From Chloroflexota bacterium (lineage in GTDB: Bacteria; Chloroflexota; Limnocylindria; Limnocylindrales; CSP1-4), in contig PMYK01000011.1 in the NCBI GenBank assembly GCA_003171255.1, forward strand, positions 3,508-63,390: DNA of 59,883 nucleotides, read 5' to 3'. Positions 22,516 through 32,512 of this stretch are shown here, piece by piece. The notes beneath the pieces are model-generated. The model worked only from the letters and a program-made list of their open reading frames with translations, did not search any database and was not told the DNA's origin. Within the stretch, counting starts at the first letter, position 1; the number at the start of each line of letters is the position of its first letter. Both the position numbers and the translations under genes were made by a program.

Positions 22516-22629
22516 GCCGCAATGGGCGCCCGCGTGCCGCGGATCGTGCCGCGGATCGACTTCGCGGCCACACCCCGGCGGCGCTACATTGACGCTGTCA
22601 CCGCGCCGGAGCCGTCACGAGGGAGCCAG

Positions 22630-23361
22630 ATGAGCGGGGAGATTCTCGAAGCCGCAGCGTCTGAGGTCGAGGGCATTGTCGTGTCGGAGGTCATCGTCGG
22701 CGACCACGAGCCGAGCCCCGAGCGCGGCCGCGGCGGTGTGGCAGTTCTCCTGACCGTCGCCGCGGTGGTTGCCGCCGTCATCGGGTTCCGCGCGGCAATT
22801 ATCTCCAGCTCAGCCTCCGACTCCTGGCAGTCGGCGCTCCGAACCGAGGTCAAACGCTCGGCCTCCGCGACTGAGGACGTGCGCTACCTCTACCAGACGG
22901 AACTCCCCCTCGCCTTTCAGATCATCCAGGCTCGGATCGTTCAGGGCGAGATGCTGGCGGCGGCACAGGGACAGACCGGGGCGGCCAAGCAAGGCCTCCT
23001 GATCGAAGCCGGCATCCAGGCGCAGATCATCTCCGGGATCTCGTCGAGCTCGGATCTCGCCACCAAGCCCGAATACGCGCTAACCTCGGGCGGGCTCGAT
23101 CTGGGCCAGCGGCTCGCGGACCTGCGGGCAGAGCAGCCGGCTATGGTGGCGCTCGATCCCGACGGCCTCGAGGCGGCCGGCGACAAACTGGCCAACAAGG
23201 CCGAGGTGTTGTCGCTCGCCCTCATACCGACGAGCGTCGCCGCCTTCCTCGGCGTGCTCTCCCAGCCGTTCCGGCGCCGCCGGGTGCTTCTCTTGCGGCT
23301 GGGCACCGTGGCGCTCGCCGGCGGCGCGGCAATGGCCCTGATCGTCGAGGTGCTCGCGTGA
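22630..23361 (+). CDS. Hypothetical membrane protein (DUF4337-like topology)
   Basis: One N-terminal TM, a helical soluble region and two C-terminal TMs. GAGGGAG RBS; stop overlaps the next start. Confidence 0.65.
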   Translation: MSGEILEAAASEVEGIVVSEVIVGDHEPSPERGRGGVAVLLTVAAVVAAVIGFRAAIISSSASDSWQSALRTEVKRSASATEDVRYLYQTELPLAFQIIQARIVQGEMLAAAQGQTGAAKQGLLIEAGIQAQIISGISSSSDLATKPEYALTSGGLDLGQRLADLRAEQPAMVALDPDGLEAAGDKLANKAEVLSLALIPTSVAAFLGVLSQPFRRRRVLLLRLGTVALAGGAAMALIVEVLA

Positions 23362-24020
23362 TCTCGCCCGATTCCGCGGCCGAGCTTCGCGCAGAGAAGC
23401 GCTTCGACCTCGTCGCGGCCATCCTCATCGGCGCCATAGCCGTCCTGGCCGCATTGCTGGCCGTCATCCAGATCGGTGCCAGTCAGGCCGCCACTCGCGC
23501 CGATCTCGAAGCCGCGCGCCTGGCTTCGGACCTGTCGGCGCGTATCTCGGCCAGCCAGATGGCGACCGACTCCAGCTTCGGCGCACAGCAGACGGCGATC
23601 GTCCTCGGATTGGAGTCCGTGGCGCGACAGCTGGCCGGGCTCGAGAACAACGATGCCACGTCCACGGCCGTCGGCGCGGCCCAGCAATCGGCATATCAGA
23701 AGCTGACCGCGGCCCTCACCGCCACATCCGAAACCAGCGGCGGCGCACCGGTCGACTTGTATACCGCCGGCCTGCTGGGCGCCACCACGCAGCAACTCCT
23801 GACGGAGCTGGCCGAGCAGAACCATCAAGTCGACGTGGCCGCCGCCGCCAGCACGCACGAGCAGCGAGCCGTTCTGGGCCTGTCGCTCCTGGCTCTGGCC
23901 GGTGTTCTTACCGGACTGGCCGCGGTTCTTCGTGAGGGCCGAGGCGGCCGGATCTCGCTGACGGCCGCATGCGCCATGGCAGCCTTCGCGGGCGCGATGG
24001 CGGCCTGGGCCTTGATCTAG
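23358..24020 (+). CDS. Hypothetical membrane protein (DUF4337-like topology), partner of the upstream gene
   Basis: Same 1+2 TM layout as the upstream gene. GTGA overlap implies translational coupling. Confidence 0.65.
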   Translation: MISPDSAAELRAEKRFDLVAAILIGAIAVLAALLAVIQIGASQAATRADLEAARLASDLSARISASQMATDSSFGAQQTAIVLGLESVARQLAGLENNDATSTAVGAAQQSAYQKLTAALTATSETSGGAPVDLYTAGLLGATTQQLLTELAEQNHQVDVAAAASTHEQRAVLGLSLLALAGVLTGLAAVLREGRGGRISLTAACAMAAFAGAMAAWALI

Positions 24021-24058
24021 CCCGGACAGGGGCGGCCGCCGCGCGGTCGAAGCGCCCG

Positions 24059-24994
24059 CTAGTTCACGAGTTGGTCGGCCAGCCAGGCCGCGCGATCCGC
24101 CCGTGCCGCGGCGTTGAGTACATGGCCGGCGTCGTACCAGGTGACCTTCTTGGTCGTGGGCACGAGCGCCGCAAATCCGTCGGCCTCGTCCTGGGTGTAG
24201 TACGAGTCGTCGCGGCCGAACTGGAACAGCAGGGTTCCGCTGGCGATGTGAGGCGCGAATATGGACAGGTCAAGGCTGGGCAGCCCGTACCCAGGCACCA
24301 CGCACATCACGACCGCCGCCTTGACTCGACTATCCACGGACAGCAGTACCGACCCCAGGATCGCGCCCAGGCTGTGGCCAACATACCCGAGCCTCGCGGG
24401 ATTCACCTGAGGCTGCGAGGCCAGGAAGTCGAGGGCGCGGCGCATCTCCCGTACCTGGTAGATAGTTTCGGTGAGGGCGTCGTCAAACATGCCCCAGTCC
24501 GGCTGCGTAACGACCAGGCCGGCGATGTGCTGCTGCCCGGCCACGGCCGTGGCTTCGGCCAGGAAGTCCGCGCGCGAGCCATTGGAGCCGTGCTCGTAGA
24601 GGACTCCGGGGACTGGGCCGTTACCGTCGGGAAGGATCAGATAGGCCTCGACAGGCTCACCTGCCGCTCCAACGAATATGACGTCCTCGACTGTGGCGCC
24701 GACCGCCTTTTTGCTGGCGCCCTCGAACGTGGCGAAGGGCTGGTCGCCCGCGTAGGCAAACAGCGGCAGGATCTGTTCGTAGGTCGGCGAGGCGGGCAGC
24801 TGCGCGGGCAGGTGGATCACGTTCGGCCAGGGCGTGGGCGGAGGTGTCATCGTCGGCGCCTGGGTAGCGGTGGGGGTGGCTTCGCCGGTCGGCATCGCGG
24901 TAGCCGCGGAGGACCCACAGGCAGCCGTTGTCGCACTCAACACGACGACGGCCACGACGGAAAGACCGGCTCGACTGACCGAACGAAGCTGCAC
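24059..24994 (-). CDS. Alpha/beta-hydrolase lipoprotein
   Basis: GTG start after AGAGG, lipobox TAAC, Pro/Thr linker, nucleophile GHSLG, GRDD and YDAGH. Confidence 0.8.
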   Translation of the reverse strand: MQLRSVSRAGLSVVAVVVLSATTAACGSSAATAMPTGEATPTATQAPTMTPPPTPWPNVIHLPAQLPASPTYEQILPLFAYAGDQPFATFEGASKKAVGATVEDVIFVGAAGEPVEAYLILPDGNGPVPGVLYEHGSNGSRADFLAEATAVAGQQHIAGLVVTQPDWGMFDDALTETIYQVREMRRALDFLASQPQVNPARLGYVGHSLGAILGSVLLSVDSRVKAAVVMCVVPGYGLPSLDLSIFAPHIASGTLLFQFGRDDSYYTQDEADGFAALVPTTKKVTWYDAGHVLNAAARADRAAWLADQLVN

Positions 24995-25089
24995 TTGCGT
25001 TCCTCTTGCTGTCCACGGTTTTCGATGACAGGAATCGAATGAACCGTCGCCGCGGCCATCCGCGCGACGCCTGCGCTGCCGCTGTTCGA

Positions 25090-26481
25090 TCAATGGCGGA
25101 ACGAGACGGCCAACTCCGGTTCCATCGGCTCCGCCTGGCGCTCGAGCTCGGGTAGCAGGCGCTCCAGGTCGGCCAGGAAGAGGGCCGCCAGATCGTGGGA
25201 GAAGCCGTTTCGCACGACGATGCGCAGCACGGCCAGATCCTCGCGGTCCTTCGGGAAAGTGTAGGCCGGGACCTGCCAGCCCCGTTCGCGGAGCCGTCGC
25301 GAAACATCGAAGACGGTGAAGTTGTCGATCCCCGCCTTGACCCTGAACGCGACCACTGGAAGCTGGCTGCCGTCGGTGATCAGCTCAAACGGGCCGAGCT
25401 CGGCCAGCTTTGTCGCGACGTCGCCGGCCACGTCGCGACAAACGGCATGGACTGCCCGATAGCCCTCGCGACCCAACCGCAGGAACATGTAGTACTGGGC
25501 CACGATCTGGGCGCCGGGCCGGGAGAAGTTGAGGGCGAACGTGGGCATGTCGCCGCCCAGGTAGTTGACGTGATAGATCAGTTCCTCCGGCAGCGACGCC
25601 TGGTCGCGCCAGAGCACCCAGCCTACGCCCGGGAAGACCAGGCCGTACTTGTGGCCCGAGGTGTTGATGCTGGCCACTCTCGGGATGCGGAAGTCCCACT
25701 CCAGGTCCGGATCCAGGAAGGGCGCGATCATTCCGCCCGAGGCGCCGTCGACATGGATCGGGACGTTCAGTCCGGTCCGCGCCTGGAGATCGTCCAGGGC
25801 GGCCGCTATCTCCGCCACCGGCTCATAGCTACCGTCGAACGTTGAACCGAGCACGGCCACGACGCCGATCGTGTTCTCGTCGACGAGCTTCACCGCCTCC
25901 TCGCCGGTGAGGTGGAAACGGTTGCCGTCCATCGGGACCTGCCGCGGCTCAACCTCGAAGTAGTTGGCGAACTTCTCCCAGCAGACCTGGACGTTGATGC
26001 CCATGACGATGTTCGGCTTGTCCGCGGGCTTGCCGGCCGCGCGCCGGGCCTGCTGCCAGAGCCGCTTCATGGCGAGGCCGCCGAGCATGCATGCCTCGGA
26101 CGAACCCACAGTCGAGCAGCCCGGGGCCTTCGATTGATCCGGCGCGTTCCACAGGTCCGCCAGCATGGAGACGCAGCGATGCTCCATCTCGGCGGTCTGC
26201 GGGTACTCGTCCTTGTTGATCATGTTCTTGGGCAGGCACTCGGTCATCAGGCGGCCCACCTCCGGCTCCATCCACGTCGTCACGAACGTAGCCAGGTTCT
26301 GGCGGGCGTTGCCGTCGAGCATCAGCTCGTCGTGGATGATCTGGTAGGCCGCCGCGGACGACATCTCGTTGGCAGGCAGGCGCCTGGTTGGGATGGGCGC
26401 CAGCACCGAACCCTGGGCGAAGAGCGGGTTGACCGACAGATGCTCGGCCGAATGCCGGCGACGATGGCTCGAACCCAACAT
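25090..26481 (-). CDS. gadB: Glutamate decarboxylase
   Basis: Motifs LDGNARQNLATFVTTWME, STVGSSEACMLGG, HVDGASGG, PLP lysine in SGHKYG, and LNFSRPG. RBS GGGAGG before MLGSS. Confidence 0.95.
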   Translation of the reverse strand: MLGSSHRRRHSAEHLSVNPLFAQGSVLAPIPTRRLPANEMSSAAAYQIIHDELMLDGNARQNLATFVTTWMEPEVGRLMTECLPKNMINKDEYPQTAEMEHRCVSMLADLWNAPDQSKAPGCSTVGSSEACMLGGLAMKRLWQQARRAAGKPADKPNIVMGINVQVCWEKFANYFEVEPRQVPMDGNRFHLTGEEAVKLVDENTIGVVAVLGSTFDGSYEPVAEIAAALDDLQARTGLNVPIHVDGASGGMIAPFLDPDLEWDFRIPRVASINTSGHKYGLVFPGVGWVLWRDQASLPEELIYHVNYLGGDMPTFALNFSRPGAQIVAQYYMFLRLGREGYRAVHAVCRDVAGDVATKLAELGPFELITDGSQLPVVAFRVKAGIDNFTVFDVSRRLRERGWQVPAYTFPKDREDLAVLRIVVRNGFSHDLAALFLADLERLLPELERQAEPMEPELAVSFRH

Positions 26482-26575
26482 CGACTGACCTCCCGTGTCT
26501 CTCTGCTCGACTGCGACCGGTGCAAGTCTGCTTAGCCGAACTCTACCGCCCGGCGCGCGTCGCGCGACGGGAGCC

Positions 26576-26691
26576 GGCAAGTGGAGCGCGCGCCGCACGC
26601 GCCGCGAGTGGATTGCGCGCCGCACTCGTGGCAGGTGGAGCGCGCGCCGTTACACGGCGAGTGGGGCGCGCGCCGTTACACGGCAAGTGGG
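26576..26691. repeat. 26-27-bp imperfect tandem repeat, about 4.5 copies
   Basis: Consensus ggc(a/g)agtggagcgcgcgccgttacac, with GTGG cores at 26581, 26608, 26635, 26661 and 26687. Confidence 0.85.
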
Positions 26692-26752
26692 TCCTGAAGA
26701 TTGAGGTAGAGAGATAAGCGAACGATGAGATCCATGCCCCATCCTCCCGTGA

Positions 26753-27601
26753 GTGAACGATCTGCAGCTCGGCATCGCCCTTCGCACGGTTCGGATCAAG
26801 CGCCGCCTACGCCAAGGTGACCTGGCGGCGCTGGCCGGCGTTTCGGATTCGTTCGTGTCGCGCGTGGAAAGCGGACAACTGGATCGCGTGTCGCTTCTGA
26901 CTCTCCGCTGCATGGCCACGAAGCTTGGGGTCACCCTGGAGCTCACTCCAAGAAGCACGGGGAACGACCTCAGCCGTCTGGCGAATGCGCGGCATGCTGC
27001 GCTGGGTGAACGCGTCGCGGCCTGGATCGCGGATCAGCCCGGCTGGGTCGTCGTGGCCGAGGTCTCGTTCGCCATCTACGGGGAGCGGGGAGTTGTGGAC
27101 CTCCTCGCCTGGCACGAGGCCGCCCGCACACTCGTCGTCATCGAGCTCAAGACCGCGATTGTGGACGTGAACGAGCTCATCGGGACCCTGGATCGAAAAC
27201 GACGTCTGACGGCACGGATCGCATCCGAACGAGGCTGGATGGCTCAATCGATCGGCGCCTGGCTGATAGTCGGCGACTCGCGCACCAATCGTCGTCGAGT
27301 CTCCGACCATCGGACCATCCTGGGGTCGGCGCTGCCTCAGGATGGTCGAGCTCTGGCGCCGCTGTTCAGCCATCCGGAGCGCGGCCCGGCCTCGGGCATC
27401 GCCTTCTGGACCAACTTGCCTGGAGCGGGAGTTGATCAACAGTTCGCGGCTCCGCGGCGGGTGGTAAGGCGGTACAACACGAAGAAACCGGTCGACCCAC
27501 GCTCGGACTCGGGCCCGCAGAGCAGCCATGCCGGTTCTCAGACCCAAGCCGATCCCCCTGATCGAGTCCAATTCCCGCCTCGGGCAAACTGGTCCAGATA
27601 G
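26753..27601 (+). CDS. XRE-family HTH protein fused to a PD-(D/E)xK nuclease-like domain
   Basis: HTH LRTVRIKRRLRQGDLAALAGVSDSFVSRVE, then AEVSF...GVVDLLAW...VVIELKT (E..D..ExK) and DSRTNR. Confidence 0.8.
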   Translation: MNDLQLGIALRTVRIKRRLRQGDLAALAGVSDSFVSRVESGQLDRVSLLTLRCMATKLGVTLELTPRSTGNDLSRLANARHAALGERVAAWIADQPGWVVVAEVSFAIYGERGVVDLLAWHEAARTLVVIELKTAIVDVNELIGTLDRKRRLTARIASERGWMAQSIGAWLIVGDSRTNRRRVSDHRTILGSALPQDGRALAPLFSHPERGPASGIAFWTNLPGAGVDQQFAAPRRVVRRYNTKKPVDPRSDSGPQSSHAGSQTQADPPDRVQFPPRANWSR

Positions 27602-27610
27602 TCGCGCGCA

Positions 27611-27659
27611 GCGGCCACGGGCGGGAGTCGCGGACGGCGGCCACGGGCGGGAGTCGCGG
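27611..27659. repeat. 23-bp direct repeat, 2 copies, period 26
   Basis: gcggccacgggcgggagtcgcgg at 27611 and 27637. Confidence 0.85.
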
Positions 27660-27751
27660 GCGCGCCCAGCCGCGGCCGAGGGCCGCGGGCGACAATCGGC
27701 CCGAGGGCCACGGGCCCGCAGGTGCGGAGGTCGCGATTTACCATTGGCCGC

Positions 27752-29116
27752 ATGCTCGAAGCGCACCAGTCCTTACCCGAGGCTGAGCTGAGCGCTGAAT
27801 TGTCCGCGGAGGCGGTCGCCGACCCGGCAATCGCGGCCGGAACCCGGGCAACGCCAACTCGCCGGCCCTCGTTGTGGCGACACGTCGACTTCATGAAGAT
27901 CTGGTCCGCGGCTACGGTCAGCCTCATGGGCTCGCAGGTCAGCCAGATCGCAATTCCCTACATCGCGGTCGTAGTCCTGCGGTCATCGGCGTTCCAGTTG
28001 GGGTTGCTCGTCACCGTCGAGATGTTGCCCTTCATCCTGCTGACGCTTCCGGCGGGAGCGTGGCTCGATCGAGTGCGGCGCCGGCCCGTTCTCATCGCCG
28101 GCGATCTCGGACGTGCCGCCGCCCTCATCACGATCCCGATCGCATACGCCCTCGGCGTGCTCACCATCTGGCAGCTCTACGCAGTTGGCTTCGTGGCCGG
28201 CATGTTGACCGTCCTTTTCGATGTCGCGGACCAGTCCTACCTGCCGGCCCTGCTCGACACCGACGATCTCGTCGAAGGCAACGCCAAGCTCCAGATCTCG
28301 GCTTCTGCCGCCCAGATCGCCGGACCGGGACTCGGCGGCGGGGTGATTGGGCTCGTTGCCGCTCCCTTCGCGATCGTCCTCGATGCCATCAGCTTCCTCG
28401 CGTCGGGCAGTCTCATCGCGCTGATTCGCAAACCCGAGCCAAGGCCCGAACGAAAGGTGCACACGAGCCTGCGCCAGGAGATCGCGGTGGGCCTGCGGTA
28501 CGTCACCGGAAACCGCTATCTGCGGATGATCGCGGGCTCGACAGCTACCTCCAACCTGGGCTCCAGCCTTGCCTTCTCGATATTCCCGATCTTCGCCTAT
28601 GTCGAGCTGAACCTCAGCCCGGCTCTCGTCGGTCTTGCGTTCGGGCTGGGGGGTTTCGGAGTGCTGGCCGGCGCCGTTCTCGCGGGGCCTCTGGGCCGTC
28701 GGTTCGGCGTGGGGCCGGTCATCGTGGGTTCGATGTTCGTCAGCGGCCTGTCCATGTTTATCGTGGTCTTCCTGCCCGCCACGGCCATCGTCGCCGGGGC
28801 CATGCTGCTCGTCGCGCAATTCCTGATGGGCTTCACAGCCGTCGTCTACAACGTCAATCAGGTCAGCTTCCGGCAGGCCATCACGCCCCTGGACATGCAG
28901 GGCCGGATGAACGCCACGATGCGGTTCATCGTCTGGGGCACGATGCCCCTCGGATCCGTCGCGGGCGGCATCCTGGCCACGTTCTTGCCGCTGCGGACGA
29001 CGATCCTGGTTGGTGCCGTGATCTCCTCGTCGGCGTTCCTGTGGGTCCTGGTGTCGCCGGTCCGGTCACTGCGCGTGATACCCAAGTCCGGTCCGGGCCC
29101 GTCGTACACCGACTGA
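27752..29116 (+). CDS. MFS transporter (MFS_3 / DHA3-like)
   Basis: About 12 TMs with AGAWLDRVRRRP, LVEGNAKL and RQAITP.DMQGRMNA. Start position approximate. Confidence 0.9.
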   Translation: MLEAHQSLPEAELSAELSAEAVADPAIAAGTRATPTRRPSLWRHVDFMKIWSAATVSLMGSQVSQIAIPYIAVVVLRSSAFQLGLLVTVEMLPFILLTLPAGAWLDRVRRRPVLIAGDLGRAAALITIPIAYALGVLTIWQLYAVGFVAGMLTVLFDVADQSYLPALLDTDDLVEGNAKLQISASAAQIAGPGLGGGVIGLVAAPFAIVLDAISFLASGSLIALIRKPEPRPERKVHTSLRQEIAVGLRYVTGNRYLRMIAGSTATSNLGSSLAFSIFPIFAYVELNLSPALVGLAFGLGGFGVLAGAVLAGPLGRRFGVGPVIVGSMFVSGLSMFIVVFLPATAIVAGAMLLVAQFLMGFTAVVYNVNQVSFRQAITPLDMQGRMNATMRFIVWGTMPLGSVAGGILATFLPLRTTILVGAVISSSAFLWVLVSPVRSLRVIPKSGPGPSYTD

Positions 29117-29340
29117 GCGGCCGGCCTGGGCAACCCGCACAGCCCGGGCGTGAGCCGCCAGGGCCGCTTTCACCGAACTGAAGCGGCCCTGAAATCGCGG
29201 CCGCGTGCCGCCCCTCGGATTCCTGTCGCGCCGCGGGTTCGCGGGACGGGACCTTTGGCCCGGCCGAGAACCGATGGGGGTGCCGGCCCGTACCCACGAT
29301 GCAACGCGACCAGAGCCCAAGCAAACCAGGAGATACTAAG

Positions 29341-29925
29341 ATGCGTCCCAGTTCCCGTTGGACATCGCTCGCCGGCCTCGCCGTCGGCGTGGCAGTCATC
29401 GCGAGTGCCTGCTCGTCCGCTGCCGCCACGCCGGCGGCCGCGGTCCTTGGAGCCACCTCAATGCCGACTTCGGCCGGTCCGGTCGGAGCCACGAGCATGA
29501 CTCTCGGGTCGACCAACAGCCCGACCCTCGGCGCGTACCTCACCGGCCAGAACGGCATGACGCTATACGTCCTGAACAAGGACACGCCGGATACCAGCAC
29601 CTGCTCGGGCGCTTGCGCCACAAACTGGCCGCCCCTCACGGTCGCGGCCGGAGCAACCGTCACAGGCCCCAGCGGCGCCATGAGCTCATTCGGTCAAGTC
29701 GCCCGCACCGACGGGACAGTCCAGATCGCCTACAACCACATGCCGCTCTACTACTTCGCCGGCGACTCGGCCGCGGGAGATACCAACGGCCAGGGCAAGA
29801 ACGGCACCTGGTTCGTCGCTCCGGTGAGCGGATCGCTCACGGCGGCCCCGGCGGCAAGCTCGGCGGCCCCGGCGGCAAGCTCGGCGGCCAGCCCCGCGAT
29901 AAGCATGCCGATCAGCGGCTACTAG
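29341..29925 (+). CDS. COG4315 secreted lipoprotein with Yx(F/W/Y)xxD repeats
   Basis: Lipobox ASAC, GMTLYVLNKD, C...CATNWPP and PLYYFAGD...NGQG...W. AGGAG RBS. Confidence 0.88.
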   Translation: MRPSSRWTSLAGLAVGVAVIASACSSAAATPAAAVLGATSMPTSAGPVGATSMTLGSTNSPTLGAYLTGQNGMTLYVLNKDTPDTSTCSGACATNWPPLTVAAGATVTGPSGAMSSFGQVARTDGTVQIAYNHMPLYYFAGDSAAGDTNGQGKNGTWFVAPVSGSLTAAPAASSAAPAASSAASPAISMPISGY

Positions 29926-29999
29926 AACCGAGGCGGCGCCGAGCCGCCACCTGATTGCTGTCCCGAGCCCGCCGGCGCCCAACCGGCGGGTTCGTGTTT

Positions 30000-30863
30000 C
30001 TACACGCCCGAGGGCGCGAGGAGCAGGCCGCGATCGCCGGGTTCGGACGTGGCGACGAGGGCCCGTTCGAACGCTTCGGCGATGACTCGATAGCCCCGGA
30101 CATTGGCATGAACGTCCGGACCGAGGGGCGGCGGCTCGCCTCCCCAGGTCCACTCGCACGCTCGGGCGACGTTGATTGGCACTCGCCCGACGCCCGCCAG
30201 CTCAACCTGAGTCTCGAAGTCGATGGTCGCGAAGGCTCCCTCGACGTCGGCCAGAACCAGACCCGCCTCCCGATAGATCTCACGGAAACAGGCGTTGAAG
30301 GGCACCACGGCTTCCGAGACGGAGATGCGGGCCAACTCACGGCCAAGCGGTCCGTCGAGCCAGTGCGGAAGAAACGGGTCGTAGATGGTCATGCCGGCGA
30401 TCGGCGTGCCAGGTCCGGCGGCGTCTTGAAGCGTGGCCAGAATGCCGGGCAGGTTCCTGCCAATGCTGGCCAAGCCGGCGGGGATTGCCTCCAGGACGTA
30501 GCTCTCCAGGTCGTTGAGGCCGATGTCGACTGTCACGAAGGCGACCGACCCGCGATGGGCGTGCAGGAAGGCGACGGCCTCGTCGAGCTGGCTGCCGTGC
30601 GGGTACTCGGTCAGTCCGCCTTCGATCATGGTCGTCGTCGACTCGCCGGGGTAGCCGAGCTTGACCGTCCGCAGGTTCGGCAGGCGCCGGCGCGCAATCG
30701 TCGCCAGCTGATCCGCATAGCCCTCATCGGTGCGGAACTGCCGATTCTCGGGGCCGATCGGCTGCACGCCTGCGGCCAGCGAATCGCCGAGCGAGAGGTA
30801 GAAGATCGGCGCGGCATCGCCGCGGACTGCTGCCTCACCTCGCCCCCATCGTCGCTCGCTCAT
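30000..30863 (-). CDS. SGNH/GDSL hydrolase
   Basis: Motifs LGDSLAAG, PGEST, IGLND and DVHANVRGY. Start approximate. Confidence 0.88.
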   Translation of the reverse strand: MSERRWGRGEAAVRGDAAPIFYLSLGDSLAAGVQPIGPENRQFRTDEGYADQLATIARRRLPNLRTVKLGYPGESTTTMIEGGLTEYPHGSQLDEAVAFLHAHRGSVAFVTVDIGLNDLESYVLEAIPAGLASIGRNLPGILATLQDAAGPGTPIAGMTIYDPFLPHWLDGPLGRELARISVSEAVVPFNACFREIYREAGLVLADVEGAFATIDFETQVELAGVGRVPINVARACEWTWGGEPPPLGPDVHANVRGYRVIAEAFERALVATSEPGDRGLLLAPSGV

Positions 30864-31030
30864 GTGGGGGAGCCTACCAGCCGGCTCGCGGCACGAGTGT
30901 CGGCTCGCGGACATCCGCCGGAACCGCGATACTTGCCCGACCAGAAGCAGACAATCCGGCCGAACACACCGCAGCGGAAATCAGTGCGCCGCGGGGGCTG
31001 AACGGTGCGGGCCCACGGAGACACTGGCCG

Positions 31031-32419
31031 GTGCTCGACGCCGTCAAGGGAGTCGAATCGATCGTCGACGAAGTGCCGGCCCCGGCAGCCGCGGCGCAGA
31101 CTCACGATGCTCATGGGCGGCCGACGAAGCAGCTGCCACGCGGCCAGCTGATCCGCATCTCGCTGTACTGGCTGGGCATCTCGACGGTCTGGAGCGGGAT
31201 CCTGGACATCGTCAACGGTCGCCTGCAGTTCGGCCAGCTCGGCGTGAAGGGGTCCGAGGGGCTCGGAGCTCTCCAGATCGCACTCATAGGCACGGTCATC
31301 GCGATCGCGGTTCAGCCGACGGTCGGTTCGATAAGCGACTACACGATCACGCGCTGGGGTCGACGCAAGCCATACATCTTCATCGGCGGAACGCTCGATG
31401 TGATCTTCCTCTACGGAATCGCCACCTCGAACGGCGTCGCCGCGATCGGCGCTTTCGTCGCCCTCCTCCAGTTCAGCTCCAACTTCGCGCAGGGTCCCTT
31501 CCAGGGCTACGTTCCGGACCTGGTTCCGGGCAGGCAGGTCGGGACCGCCTCTGGGCTGCTGGGGCTCTTCTCGGCTCTGGGCAATCTCGTCGGCTATGGC
31601 GCCGCAGCGCTGGCCGTTCGCCAGAGCGCCAGCGACCCGAACGCCTTCTTCTACGGCACGATGGCGATCGGGCTGGTCGAGTTCGTGGCGATGCTCGGGG
31701 TCGTCATGGGCGTGCACGAGGGAACGCGCGTGAAGTCCCGCCATGGGCGATCCTGGTTCGCCGTCGCCAAAGAGGCCTGGGGACTGGACATCCTACGGGA
31801 GCGGAGCTTCCTCTGGCTCGTCGGCTCGCGGCTGTTCATCCTGATCGCTGCGTCGATGTACCCGATCATGAGCACTTTCTACCTGGCCCAGGTGTTCGGC
31901 CTTGATGCCCAACAGACTGGTGACACGAAGATCCTGCTCCTCGGCATCGTGGCCGCATGCCTGACCGTCGCCGTACTGCCAGCGGCGCGGTTGTCGGACC
32001 GGCTGGGGCGCAAGAAGATCATCTACTTGTCTTGTGGAGTAGGCGCGCTCGGCCTGGGCCTTGGCGCGGTCGCCCCGATCCTCCCGGTCGCCATGCTGGG
32101 TGCCGCCCTCTTTGCACTCTCGGCCGGCTCCTTCCTAGCCGTGGACTGGGCGCTGATGAGCGACATCGTCCCCAAGGCGTCGACGGGTCGATACATGGGC
32201 ATTTCGAACGTGGCCACGGCGTCTGCAGGCACGGTAGCGCTGGCACTCGGTGGAGCCGGGGTCATGGACATCGTCAACGGGGCCTTCGGATACGGCACGG
32301 GACCGCGAGCGGCCCTGCTCCTCGGTGTGCTCTGCTACATAGTCGGAGCTCTCCTGCTGAAGCCCGTAGTCGAAGCGCGACGGGAGGACGCCGAGGCGCA
32401 ACTCGAGCCGGTAGCCTAG
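31031..32419 (+). CDS. MFS transporter (possible sugar transporter)
   Basis: About 12 TMs with GSISDY...RWGRRKPY and LSDRLGRK. Confidence 0.9.
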   Translation: MLDAVKGVESIVDEVPAPAAAAQTHDAHGRPTKQLPRGQLIRISLYWLGISTVWSGILDIVNGRLQFGQLGVKGSEGLGALQIALIGTVIAIAVQPTVGSISDYTITRWGRRKPYIFIGGTLDVIFLYGIATSNGVAAIGAFVALLQFSSNFAQGPFQGYVPDLVPGRQVGTASGLLGLFSALGNLVGYGAAALAVRQSASDPNAFFYGTMAIGLVEFVAMLGVVMGVHEGTRVKSRHGRSWFAVAKEAWGLDILRERSFLWLVGSRLFILIAASMYPIMSTFYLAQVFGLDAQQTGDTKILLLGIVAACLTVAVLPAARLSDRLGRKKIIYLSCGVGALGLGLGAVAPILPVAMLGAALFALSAGSFLAVDWALMSDIVPKASTGRYMGISNVATASAGTVALALGGAGVMDIVNGAFGYGTGPRAALLLGVLCYIVGALLLKPVVEARREDAEAQLEPVA

Positions 32420-32512
32420 CCGCGCCGTAGGCGTCTGGCCCGGGCGCTGTGGGTGCGGCCCCGGAGGCACAGCAACCCGACACGCCACGTCGCCGTGCGC
32501 GATGATGGACAG

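Noticed and set aside
29839-29890. 21-bp repeat at the end of the COG4315 lipoprotein gene
   Set aside because: It is an in-frame duplication encoding an Ala/Ser/Pro tail, an ordinary low-complexity linker.
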